Notes: generated by a model from the sequence alone, not told the origin. Positions 19,833 through 28,467 are shown, numbered from the stretch's first letter. The stretch: DNA of 64,000 nt from Candidatus Haiyanarchaeum thermophilum (GCA_025920425.1 JAPDLS010000001.1:227449-291448); one strand, 5' to 3'. Translations and numbers: made by a program.

Positions 19833-20885
19833 TTACACTCCAACCTCATAAATTATCTTATAAGCCTCATCCTCACTCAAATTCAGTTTATGGAGAATCG
19901 TGTATCTATCTATCCTCAAATTTTTAGCATTTACCACTGCAGCTACTAGCTCATCTATATTTATATTTAGCATCTCTGCCTTAGTTTCAAGCCCCACCGA
20001 GTGGATGATCTGTTTAATTTTCTTCCATTTGAGTCCATGTAACCTACTCATGATTATAGTACCTAACGCACATTTCTCCCCATGGAGTGCATTTGAACTG
20101 GAATGAATATCTAAGTAATGTGAGAACAAGTGCTCACTCCCCGAACATGGCCTGGATGATCTGGCATAAGCCATAGCTATCCCGCAGTTTACCAGAGCTT
20201 CAGATAGGGCCCTCAAGCCAGACAATTTACCACTAGCTATTTCTTTCCTCGCCTTTACCACTTCCTTCAAGCTCCTTCTCACCATCTTTGCTATCTCCTC
20301 ACAGTAATATTCGTTGATCTCATCCCTCCCAAGCTTCCAATCAGCGAGGGCAGTATATTTAGCTATTATATCTCCAAAACCGGCTAATCTCAGTCTAGAT
20401 GGGGCCTCCATTAAGATTGACAAATCGATGAAAATTGCCTTTGGTTGTCTAGAGAGAAGAGAGAGTTTGGATGAAGCCAGCTTAATTGAAACTATTGGAG
20501 AAGCTATACCATCATGGGAGGGGGCTGTTGGAAAAGCTATAAAGCATTTGTTTAAACTGTAACTACTAAACTTCACCAAATCTATAGTACTTCCTCCACC
20601 CACTCCTATTAGAAAATCGAACTTCCTTCCAATCTTATTCAGTTTTTTGAAATTGCTCAAATTGAAGGAATCTGCCAGAAATTTTTTCAACTTGAAATAA
20701 GGTCTAAGTTCCTCCTCTAACCTCCTCCCAAACTTCAGATAAACGTTTGGTCCAAATACTAATAAACATCTCTTACCTATGTTCAACTCGTATAAGTGCT
20801 TACCTAGGTCCTCTACCCTCTCATCTATTTGAATGAATTCGAGATCACTCGCATGAATCTTGCCGCAACTACATTTGAATCTCAT
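19833..20885 (-). CDS. egsA: sn-Glycerol-1-phosphate dehydrogenase
   Basis: GVGGGSTID..K, PTAPSHDGIASP, GFGD, SRPCSGSEHLFSH, LHGEKC. Confidence 0.9.
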   Translation of the reverse strand: MRFKCSCGKIHASDLEFIQIDERVEDLGKHLYELNIGKRCLLVFGPNVYLKFGRRLEEELRPYFKLKKFLADSFNLSNFKKLNKIGRKFDFLIGVGGGSTIDLVKFSSYSLNKCFIAFPTAPSHDGIASPIVSIKLASSKLSLLSRQPKAIFIDLSILMEAPSRLRLAGFGDIIAKYTALADWKLGRDEINEYYCEEIAKMVRRSLKEVVKARKEIASGKLSGLRALSEALVNCGIAMAYARSSRPCSGSEHLFSHYLDIHSSSNALHGEKCALGTIIMSRLHGLKWKKIKQIIHSVGLETKAEMLNINIDELVAAVVNAKNLRIDRYTILHKLNLSEDEAYKIIYEVGV

Positions 20886-20935
20886 AACTTCACTAGGGAG
20901 CCTAACTTTATAAACTTAGTAATCCTTAAACTTTC

Positions 20936-21976
20936 ATGCTTGTAGAAGATCTGATGAAAAGAAAAGTGATCACCGTTACTAAGGATGAGGATGTGATGAG
21001 GGCTGTGGCCCTCATGGAAAAATACGATATCAAGGAACTTCCTGTAGTTGAGGATTCAAAGGTAATCGGAATTGTCACTCTCTACGATTTCCTATATTTA
21101 GGAAAAGTCTCAGGAAATGTTGGAAGCTATATGTTCTCTCCTCCCCTCATTCATAGAAAAGCTACTTTAGAGGAAGCATTGGAATTGATGGTAGCCAGTG
21201 GTGTTGAAGCCTTACCAGTAATAGATGAAAATGGAAAACTGGTAGGAATTATTTCTGAATATGATATATTATCTAGTTTTAGGGATGCTCCAATCTTCAG
21301 ACAACTCCAAGCTAGGGATGTTATGCGAAGGTATTTTGCCCCCATTCATCCAGATGACAATATCGGAAAAGCTCTAAGGATAATGCAGTTTTATAGGATA
21401 GATAGACTTCCTGTAGTAGATGAGCAGAATAAGGTTGAAGGGATAGTGCTACTTATAGATATTCTTAGAGTACTTAGCCTCAAAAGGTTCAACAAGCTGA
21501 AATTTAAGCCTGAGAAACTGATCTCAACCGAAGTAAAAGGAGTGTTAAGAAAATTGCATTTTAAGGTAAGGGAAGATACTCCAGTTTCCCAAGTACTCAC
21601 TTACATGCTCAAAGAAAGACTCAAGGGCACATATGTGACAAATGAAAGGGACGAACCTGTAGGCATTATCCTAAGAAGAGATTTACTAGAAAAATTAAGA
21701 TCGTCTCGAAAATTGGAAGTGATGTTCTCTGGAGTGGAGATAACCCAGACGCTAATGCAGCCAATAACACCTATATTGAGAAAGCTGCATCTCATCTTTC
21801 CTGAGTGGGACAGAATCGAAGTTCATGTTAAACGGGTGGGAAGAAATAAATATGAAGTGAGGATCCCGATCAGACCCTACCATACTACAATTCATCATAT
21901 TGACTTTTCACTTAGGAAAGCTGTCAAAGTAGGATTCGATAAGTTGTATGAATTCCTTAGAAGGAGGAGGGAATAA
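20936..21976 (+). CDS. Four-CBS-domain protein with C-terminal HPF/RaiA-like domain (putative archaeal ribosome hibernation factor)
   Basis: Two CBS pairs (LPVV..GIV..D) followed by about 90 aa with a beta-alpha-beta-beta-beta-alpha pattern (IEVHVK..KYEVRI..DFSLRKAVKVGFDKL). Confidence 0.7.
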   Translation: MLVEDLMKRKVITVTKDEDVMRAVALMEKYDIKELPVVEDSKVIGIVTLYDFLYLGKVSGNVGSYMFSPPLIHRKATLEEALELMVASGVEALPVIDENGKLVGIISEYDILSSFRDAPIFRQLQARDVMRRYFAPIHPDDNIGKALRIMQFYRIDRLPVVDEQNKVEGIVLLIDILRVLSLKRFNKLKFKPEKLISTEVKGVLRKLHFKVREDTPVSQVLTYMLKERLKGTYVTNERDEPVGIILRRDLLEKLRSSRKLEVMFSGVEITQTLMQPITPILRKLHLIFPEWDRIEVHVKRVGRNKYEVRIPIRPYHTTIHHIDFSLRKAVKVGFDKLYEFLRRRRE

Positions 21977-22014
21977 AATTTAATTATTGAGACGTTGGTA
22001 ATTATATTCTATAT

Positions 22015-22122
22015 AGCCCCGTCGTCTAGCGGTCAAGGATGCAGGGCTTTGGACGGAGTCTAAAGCACTGATCCAGATGAGGAAGAAACCCTGCGACGGC
22101 GGTTCGAATCCGCCCGGGGCTA
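22015..22122 (+). tRNA. tRNA-Gln(UUG) with a 35-nt intron at 37/38 (22053-22087)
   Basis: Acceptor AGCCCCG/CGGGGCT (A1-U72), anticodon stem CAGGG/CCCTG, TTG at 22049-22051, bulge-helix-bulge with CTTT/GAAG central helix, T arm GGCGG TTCGAAT CCGCC. Confidence 0.95.
22053..22087 (+). ncRNA. Putative intron-encoded box C/D-type guide RNA for Um34 of the host tRNA-Gln
   Basis: Box D CTGA at 22068-22071, box C-like AGATGA at 22075-22080. Nucleotides 22054-22066 are complementary to spliced tRNA positions 31-43, and the +5 nucleotide pairs with U34. Confidence 0.6.
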
Positions 22123-22671
22123 TTTAAAGATCCTCTCCAGTTCCTCTATTCTCTTGAGCCCCTCTTCCAGTTCCTTTTCTATTTTCTCCAAGCTTTTCTC
22201 CCTCAATACTACATTGCATTTAGGACAAGTAAACAGATTTTCTAGGGCTTTCTCATACCCCATCCTCAGTTCGCATTTGGGACATTCAAAAATTTGAATG
22301 CTCCCTTCCTCAGCTATCCTCTTCCGCAACATCTCTAACTTCTTTATTTTTTCCCGTTTGAGCAGATGAAACAATCTGTCGAAATTTATCTCCCAAGAAT
22401 ATATCCACCACCCTCTCCTCCTCTCTCTTTTCCTCGAAAAAGTAACAAGCCTGTGAGCATATAATTTGTAGAGAATGGTCCTTACGTCATTTATCTCCTT
22501 GTTTACCATCTCTGCCAGCTTGAATTCGTTGACTAAGCCTTTCTCAAACAATATCTTCACAACCTCCATTCCTTCCCTTCCCACAATTCTTTCTAAGAAA
22601 TCCTGAATCTCTTCATTCTCAAATACTTCCAACAATTTCTTCCTGCTAGGCCTTCTCTTCCTAGCTGGCAT
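22120..22671 (-). CDS. tfe: Transcription factor E (TFIIE alpha homologue)
   Basis: wHTH NEFKLAE..VRTILYKLY, GWWIYSW, CPKC..A.E..FTCPKC. Confidence 0.92.
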   Translation of the reverse strand: MPARKRRPSRKKLLEVFENEEIQDFLERIVGREGMEVVKILFEKGLVNEFKLAEMVNKEINDVRTILYKLYAHRLVTFSRKRERRRGWWIYSWEINFDRLFHLLKREKIKKLEMLRKRIAEEGSIQIFECPKCELRMGYEKALENLFTCPKCNVVLREKSLEKIEKELEEGLKRIEELERIFK

Positions 22672-22709
22672 ACAGATAAAATTAATTTTCTATCAATAAA
22701 AAAGTTATT

Positions 22710-23852
22710 TCAGAGGAGAAAAAAGGTTCCCCTGAAAAGGGCATTCATGGCTCCTGATGCGAAGAGAAATACGGTCAAAAGGTTTATTGCATTATAGACC
22801 ATTCGCTTCACCCCTGCATGTTTAATGAGATAATCTAAGAAGTCGTAGAGGAGTCTTGAACCATCTGTAATAAAAAGTGGGAGCAGGTTTACTACTCCTA
22901 TTAGAAGATTTAGGGTGCTGCTGTATAATAAAAAGTCATATACCCAAAGAATGAAATCTCCAATTATCCCGTACTTAGCTTTTGCATCTTCACGCACCCC
23001 TACTTCCTCACTCAGTCCGACTCCTAAATAGGCTTTAGATTCATTTTGGGGATGAGGAGAAGTTCGTATTCTGAAACTCTTATGGTCTGCTATTAACTCT
23101 ATTTCTTCTCCAACCCCTACCTTCCCCATCACCATTCTAAAATCGGAGAGATTGTTAATTTTTACCCCATTGATCTCTTGAATCACCATACCCGCACTTA
23201 AATTACTCTCATAGGCTGGAGTACCCCCATATACATAGGATATTTTTACTCCTTTCACTTCCATCATTTCCTTCATCAAAAATGGATGAAGAAAGCTGGA
23301 GATGATTAGAGCTAAGATAAGATATACGAGAATGTTTGTAAAGGAACCTGCTGAGAAGATCTTAATTCTATCCAATCTCCTCAACTCTTCAAGGTCTCTG
23401 TCCTCCACTTCCACAAAAGCTAGAGGAATAAATAAGAATGCTCCCACGCCTGTGGACTTTATCCGTACTCCCTTTACTCTTGCCATTATTCCATGAGAAG
23501 CTTCATGCACCAGTAGGAGCAAGATAATTGAGAAAAGCAAAGTAGATTTGTATGGAATGATTAAAAATACTGCTGTCTGGGGAGATCCTACCCCCATAAT
23601 AGTAGGGAGAAAAAAGTAAGCGAGCATCGAGTAAATGCCTGAGAAAATTAGAAAGATGCAGAACACAGCCCCTATTGTAAAGATGATCTCCCACAACCAC
23701 CCTATCTTGGCTAACTTATCAAAGGTTTTTATCCCTCTCCTCCCCTTTAATAGAAACACCACTTTCCCAATAATCTCCACCCTTCTCCTATTTTTAACTA
23801 AAAATATTATCAAAGCTAAATAGAAAGCACCTACGATCACCAGATCTATCAT
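22710..23852 (-). CDS. Site-2 intramembrane metalloprotease (M50) with PDZ domain
   Basis: HEASH, AFVE, AGSFTN, PDZ GTPA, NLLPLFITDG. Confidence 0.92.
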   Translation of the reverse strand: MIDLVIVGAFYLALIIFLVKNRRRVEIIGKVVFLLKGRRGIKTFDKLAKIGWLWEIIFTIGAVFCIFLIFSGIYSMLAYFFLPTIMGVGSPQTAVFLIIPYKSTLLFSIILLLLVHEASHGIMARVKGVRIKSTGVGAFLFIPLAFVEVEDRDLEELRRLDRIKIFSAGSFTNILVYLILALIISSFLHPFLMKEMMEVKGVKISYVYGGTPAYESNLSAGMVIQEINGVKINNLSDFRMVMGKVGVGEEIELIADHKSFRIRTSPHPQNESKAYLGVGLSEEVGVREDAKAKYGIIGDFILWVYDFLLYSSTLNLLIGVVNLLPLFITDGSRLLYDFLDYLIKHAGVKRMVYNAINLLTVFLFASGAMNALFRGTFFLL

Positions 23853-23930
23853 TCAACTTGAAAGGAAAAATATGATTTTAAATTTTTACTTCACAAAAAA
23901 ATTAAATATCTTGATTTTCAGTGTTTAAGC

Positions 23931-24236
23931 ATGAAGGATTGGCAGGAGTTGGAACATAAGATATCTGCATTGAATGAATTAACTGATAAGATCAAGGGAA
24001 TAGAGAAGGAGAAACTGCTGGGAGAAAATTTAGGTTTGGTAGTAGCTGGCAAGAAGCTTATCCAAGAAATAAGTGAAAAATTCGGTGAGCTCCTCAATGC
24101 CACAGCATTTCTCAAAACTTCAGGTCTCTGCGCTGAAGAACTGAATAGGATTGAATACACTATAAATCAAAAATTGCAGGAGTTTACGAGGATCAAGAGA
24201 AAATTTGAGGAATCAATAGTGGAAATTAGCGTTTAA
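23931..24236 (+). CDS. Hypothetical helical protein
   Basis: 101-aa ORF, TATA-like sequence upstream, genome-typical composition. Confidence 0.65.
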   Translation: MKDWQELEHKISALNELTDKIKGIEKEKLLGENLGLVVAGKKLIQEISEKFGELLNATAFLKTSGLCAEELNRIEYTINQKLQEFTRIKRKFEESIVEISV

Positions 24237-24396
24237 GCTCTTTATGCTTCAACCTCAACGCCTTTGAGCCGCATTTCCTACATTTTACTTTACCTCTCCT
24301 CACATCCTCTGGATCTGCCCTTAGCTTTGTCTTGCATCGTTTGCACACGTAGACATTCTTGAATAACCTGGCCTCAGCTTCCTTAAACTTGACCAC
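24226..24396 (-). CDS. rpl40e: 50S ribosomal protein L40e
   Basis: Manual translation MVKFKEAEARLFKNVYVCKRCKTKLRADPEDVRRGKVKCRKCGSKALRLKHKELKR; GTG start, below the ORF-track cutoff. Confidence 0.9.
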   Translation of the reverse strand: MVKFKEAEARLFKNVYVCKRCKTKLRADPEDVRRGKVKCRKCGSKALRLKHKELKR

Positions 24397-24523
24397 CCTT
24401 ACCCCTCCTCTTCAACTCTTCTCTTAGAAGGCCCACTTCCGCACTTAGAGCCTCGATACTCTTTTTCAATTTAACTATGTCTTCTTTAGCCTTCTTTATT
24501 TCTCTGCACTTGAAAAAGCACAT
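24383..24523 (-). CDS. Small (46 aa) putative coiled-coil protein
   Basis: MCFFKCREIKKAKEDIVKLKKSIEALSAEVGLLREELKRRGKGGQV; heptad pattern, overlaps the rpl40e start. Confidence 0.5.
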   Translation of the reverse strand: MCFFKCREIKKAKEDIVKLKKSIEALSAEVGLLREELKRRGKGGQV

Positions 24524-24558
24524 AAAACAATTTAAAAATCCGAGAATTTATAATAATT

Positions 24559-24861
24559 ATGGAGAGAACTCTTACTTGGAAGGATATAGACACTGTAATA
24601 TTGAAGATCACGGGTAAATGGATCCTCGGGGTAATCGTTCAAGAAGATGCAAGTGGGAGAAAGAGACTAAAGTTATTCAAGGGAAGGATTAAAGATGATG
24701 GAAATAGGAAAGTAGAATATAAGGGGAAGGAAATAAAGTTCTCAATGATTCAGAGATTCAATATCCCCAGCGAAAAATATTGGATCAAGCTAAATAGGGA
24801 AATGTTAAAGGTAATTTCCAAATATCTGGGAAAGGAACAGAGGTATTTGCCTGAATTTTAA
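24559..24861 (+). CDS. Hypothetical basic beta-rich protein with C-terminal PIP-box-like motif
   Basis: 100-aa ORF ending QRYLPEF; TATA (TTTAAAAA) upstream. Confidence 0.7.
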   Translation: MERTLTWKDIDTVILKITGKWILGVIVQEDASGRKRLKLFKGRIKDDGNRKVEYKGKEIKFSMIQRFNIPSEKYWIKLNREMLKVISKYLGKEQRYLPEF

Positions 24862-25346
24862 CATTTCTCCACTTCTTCATACTTAGAATAAATTCCTAAG
24901 AAGAGCTGTGCACTTCTATTGCATGGAAAATGCAACTTCATTGAAAAAATTGGGATCTTTTCCAAGCATACAGATCTCCTAGCACTATAGAATACTGCCT
25001 CCTTATCTCCTTGCATGTAGAGAATAAATTCGTAGCTTGGTTTATTAAGTTTTGAGATGATTTTACTTACGCTTCGATTTAGTATCGAATATTCCAGAAG
25101 CTGACAGACATATAGAGAAATTGCTTCAGCCAGTGTAAGATTGTTGAGTTCCGTTACTCTGCTCTTCAGCATGGTAAGGAGCAATCTTCCTGTATACTCA
25201 AGACCTACTCTCTCCCGAGCTACTGCTGAGATTTGAAGATTTAATTTTAATGTTAGAATGAGCAAGAGGGCACTCCCCACGAGGAAAAGGATGAGCAATT
25301 CCAACAGAGACACATTCCCCTTAGTAACAGAGGAGGGTAGGTTCAT
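24858..25346 (-). CDS. Pilin-like protein with class III signal peptide
   Basis: TKG/NVSLLELLILFLV: KG followed by a hydrophobic helix containing Glu; last gene of the pilus-like locus. Confidence 0.6.
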   Translation of the reverse strand: MNLPSSVTKGNVSLLELLILFLVGSALLLILTLKLNLQISAVARERVGLEYTGRLLLTMLKSRVTELNNLTLAEAISLYVCQLLEYSILNRSVSKIISKLNKPSYEFILYMQGDKEAVFYSARRSVCLEKIPIFSMKLHFPCNRSAQLFLGIYSKYEEVEKC

Positions 25347-25563
25347 TTTTCTTCCTGTCCAAATATGGGAGACAAATTTCACCACTAGCATTTAGATCAT
25401 CAACTTTTTCCTCAAATAGGCGAAAGGAAAGGTTTCTATTTCTCTCTACTAGATCCCAGCTCCTATCAAGCTCCCCTAGATGATAGGTAAAGAAAAAAGT
25501 TAAGCTTACTAGGAGCATAGTCACCATTATCAGTAAACTTATAAGGAAAATTATTTCATCCAT
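25321..25563 (-). CDS. Small membrane-anchored protein (pilus locus)
   Basis: N-terminal TM helix; overlaps its neighbours. Confidence 0.6.
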   Translation of the reverse strand: MDEIIFLISLLIMVTMLLVSLTFFFTYHLGELDRSWDLVERNRNLSFRLFEEKVDDLNASGEICLPYLDRKKNEPTLLCY

Positions 25564-25915
25564 TTTTCAAGTAAACCCTATTCCCATCCCTCAGCAAGGT
25601 AAGTTTAGAATCCACCTCAATTCGGGTCCTCTCAACTTCTGTAATTACCACCATTTCACACTTATACCGATTTGATGAAAAATTGATGGAAGTTCCTTCA
25701 GCTACAATCTCTCCTCCTATCCCCCTCATGCTTAAACTCACATTTTCCCTCGAAAAGTTGAGAAAATTGATAATGGAACGGAGGGACCCACAGAAATATT
25801 TAACCTCAAGTAAATATAGGGCTTCACTCAGTGAAAGGAAGAGGGATGAAAATATGAGGATTATGAAGAATGTTGAAATAAGTGCTGAAATTTGACTTAG
25901 TGGTATTTGAATCAT
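25556..25915 (-). CDS. Minor pilin-like membrane-anchored protein
   Basis: N-terminal hydrophobic helix, then alpha-beta domain; ATGA coupling. Confidence 0.6.
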   Translation of the reverse strand: MIQIPLSQISALISTFFIILIFSSLFLSLSEALYLLEVKYFCGSLRSIINFLNFSRENVSLSMRGIGGEIVAEGTSINFSSNRYKCEMVVITEVERTRIEVDSKLTLLRDGNRVYLKNG

Positions 25916-26304
25916 CTGAAGATGATCGTAAGCTTATCCTTTTCTTCCCACTCTTTCATTCCAAATACCAATACTACTTCATTTCTCCCTTCGCCAATCG
26001 TCACGTTATAGAGTATATCTCCGGGAAATTTGATCTCTAAATGGTTTTCCTCCTCAAATACCTCTAGCACATCCTTCTCTGCATTTGCTAAGATCGATGA
26101 ACCTCTAGGCAAAAAGATCTCAAATCTATCGAAACTCCCTTCACTCATGCTCCTAAGCATTGATGCTCTCTCAACTATCCTCTGAGTATAGATCACTGCT
26201 AAGCTTTTCTCCATCCTGATCCACCTCTCAATCTGAAAAGAGAAAATTTGTAGTATGAAAATACTGCTGAGTATCCCTATCGCAAGATAGCTCCACTCCT
26301 CCAT
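25912..26304 (-). CDS. Minor pilin-like membrane-anchored protein
   Basis: N-terminal TM, long helix, then GSF..FEIFLP beta region typical of archaeal minor pilins. Confidence 0.6.
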   Translation of the reverse strand: MEEWSYLAIGILSSIFILQIFSFQIERWIRMEKSLAVIYTQRIVERASMLRSMSEGSFDRFEIFLPRGSSILANAEKDVLEVFEEENHLEIKFPGDILYNVTIGEGRNEVVLVFGMKEWEEKDKLTIIFR

Positions 26305-26481
26305 TTACTTAGTCAAGTTGGATGTCAAGTTTCTCACGTACTCTCCGATGGTAGAGGTAGCATTCCTTATATCACTTCCCAAACTAGTGTAAGTGGAGAC
26401 AATAAGTGCTATAATCAACGCCATCGCTATCATTAGTACCATATACTTCAATGGCATTCCCTCAATTCCCCTCTTATTCAT
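26305..26481 (-). CDS. Short type IV pilin with class III signal peptide
   Basis: MNKRG/IEGMPLKYMVLMIAMALIIALIV. Confidence 0.78.
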   Translation of the reverse strand: MNKRGIEGMPLKYMVLMIAMALIIALIVSTYTSLGSDIRNATSTIGEYVRNLTSNLTK

Positions 26482-28232
26482 ATCATCACCCCAAAAAACC
26501 ATTTAGTAACTATCCATGAGCCTAGGAGTATGAATATGGTAAGTGGTAGGCTCTTATAGATTGCCTCGGAGAATCTTACTTTATCTTCACCAAACTCGAG
26601 GGCAGTGCTTAATTTGAGGAGGAGATAGGAAAGACATAGGAGATACATTCCAATTACTAAGTAAAGGACCTCCGGATGAAGTGAAGCCTCAAGGAGAAAG
26701 AAGTTAAATCCAAGTTCCAATCGAGTTTTTTGGGCTAAGAAAATGAGCATCTCATTAATTCCTATTACCAATCCACAGATAATTGGGGCTAGAAAGACTG
26801 AGGTGATCCTCATCATCCCAATAACTTGTCTCAGCATATCTCTCACTTCCATCTCCAATTTCTTCAACTCTCCATAATATTGGGTAATTGTTAATAACAT
26901 GTTGGTCAACATTTCAGAATTTTTCCAATTTTGCTTCAAGATTCCAAGGCAAACTCTAACCTTACTCGAAAGAATTCTTCTTTCGTCCCCCAGCTTTTTA
27001 GAAAAAACTTCACTCAAACTTAAGCCTAACCTCTTAGCTAATTTCATCTTTCTCCTCATCACCTTAGAGATCTCTGTATGCTTAAAGGAAGTGTAATAAA
27101 AACTCAATGCTTCTTCAACACTCCTTCCTCCTTCAACCCTCATTGCTAGCTGATAGTTAAAATCTAGGATCTCCTCCTCCATCCTCTCATTCTTCCTTAC
27201 AACCCCAATTAGATCCTTAACTTTCAGATAATGGTAAAGAGAAAAAGCAATGCTCAACCCCATCGGAATGAGCATACACAAGTAAAGCCCTCTTCCTGAG
27301 GAGAGGAGGTTGATGAGGGAGAGTATGCCTGGAAATGCTATCACAAACCAAACTAGTAGGCAGAAGTAAAGCTTCCTCTCCTCCATCTCCCTAGGAATTG
27401 GGAGAGAAGAAAAGGAAATGAGGGGCCTCTTCTCTAGTAGCTTAGAGGAGATCGCCCATACGATGAGTAGAAGAATAAAAGGTGAGATCAATAGAAAGAA
27501 TTGTGCTCCTTTACTCATGAAAAAGGCGGAAAAGGGAGTAAATGAAATTAGGAGAAATGGAATTGTGCTGCTCAGCGAAAATATAATTAGGACTGGAAAA
27601 TAAATCGATTTGGAAAATTTCTTAAATTCACTTAGGATGGAATCGAGGGTCAGCTTGAAACCTCTATCTAGGAGGTAACTCCTCTCTTCCTTTTTACCAT
27701 AGGAGAGGGATGAGATCACGTAATAGATGCTTGTCCTTATCACAGTCCCCTTGGAATCTGACCACCTAATCAATTCCTCTTTTAGATTTCCGCTTAGGCT
27801 AGCTCTTCTCAAAATCTCTTCCAACTCCCTCTTCAACTTACCCCGCAAACCATGAATTGAACGTAAAATGGCTACTTCCAAATTCGGATTTATTTTTAAG
27901 TAACTCATGATCTGAGCCAAAGCCTCAATATACTGCGCCATGTAATGCATCTTCTTCACCCTAGCTTTTGACTTAGGATATTCTAGAAAAGCATAGTATG
28001 CCAGAAATGGTAGAAGTAATAGAAGAGGCATGAACCACTTAATTAGGAGAAATGAGGAAATGAGGAATGAGAGGATGAGGATTGCTCTGGCAGCATTTAC
28101 TACATCTTCCCCACCTACTCTCCATTCCAGAAAGCTAAGCGCTTCCTCCAATTCGTGGTCCCTAGCCTTCCCACGTAGAGGAAATCTCTTAGAGAACTTA
28201 CATACTATTTCATAAAAAGTTGGAGCCTGCAT
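26478..28232 (-). CDS. Type II secretion F / TadB-TadC-like membrane platform protein
   Basis: Two T2SSF-like halves (YLKINPNLEVAI; RVEGGRSVEEAL), multiple TMs, upstream of pilins. Confidence 0.82.
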   Translation of the reverse strand: MQAPTFYEIVCKFSKRFPLRGKARDHELEEALSFLEWRVGGEDVVNAARAILILSFLISSFLLIKWFMPLLLLLPFLAYYAFLEYPKSKARVKKMHYMAQYIEALAQIMSYLKINPNLEVAILRSIHGLRGKLKRELEEILRRASLSGNLKEELIRWSDSKGTVIRTSIYYVISSLSYGKKEERSYLLDRGFKLTLDSILSEFKKFSKSIYFPVLIIFSLSSTIPFLLISFTPFSAFFMSKGAQFFLLISPFILLLIVWAISSKLLEKRPLISFSSLPIPREMEERKLYFCLLVWFVIAFPGILSLINLLSSGRGLYLCMLIPMGLSIAFSLYHYLKVKDLIGVVRKNERMEEEILDFNYQLAMRVEGGRSVEEALSFYYTSFKHTEISKVMRRKMKLAKRLGLSLSEVFSKKLGDERRILSSKVRVCLGILKQNWKNSEMLTNMLLTITQYYGELKKLEMEVRDMLRQVIGMMRITSVFLAPIICGLVIGINEMLIFLAQKTRLELGFNFFLLEASLHPEVLYLVIGMYLLCLSYLLLKLSTALEFGEDKVRFSEAIYKSLPLTIFILLGSWIVTKWFFGVMI

Positions 28233-28329
28233 AAGTGGTGAAGATAAAGCTGTTTATTTAAGCAGAATTCTATCTTTCCCGTAACCATTTTGAGAAAAAA
28301 TTTTTTATTGTAAAAGCCTTCTAAAGCTT

Positions 28330-28402
28330 GGGCCCGTGGTCTAGGGGTTATGACGTCGCCTTGACGCGGCGAAGGTCCTGGGTTCAAGTCCCAGCGGGCC
28401 CA
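28330..28402 (+). tRNA. tRNA-Val(GAC)
   Basis: GGGCCCG/CGGGCCC acceptor, TCGCC TT GAC GC GGCGA, CTGGG TTCAAGT CCCAG; CCA not encoded. Confidence 0.95.
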
Positions 28403-28467
28403 AAAATTCCTCAAGCGATCACAACCATAAGCTGGAGATCTAATTCGAAGGGTTAAATTTAAAAACT

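Noticed and set aside
28205-28414. 69-aa minus-strand ORF (WARWDLNPGP...)
   Set aside because: It is the antisense translation of tRNA-Val
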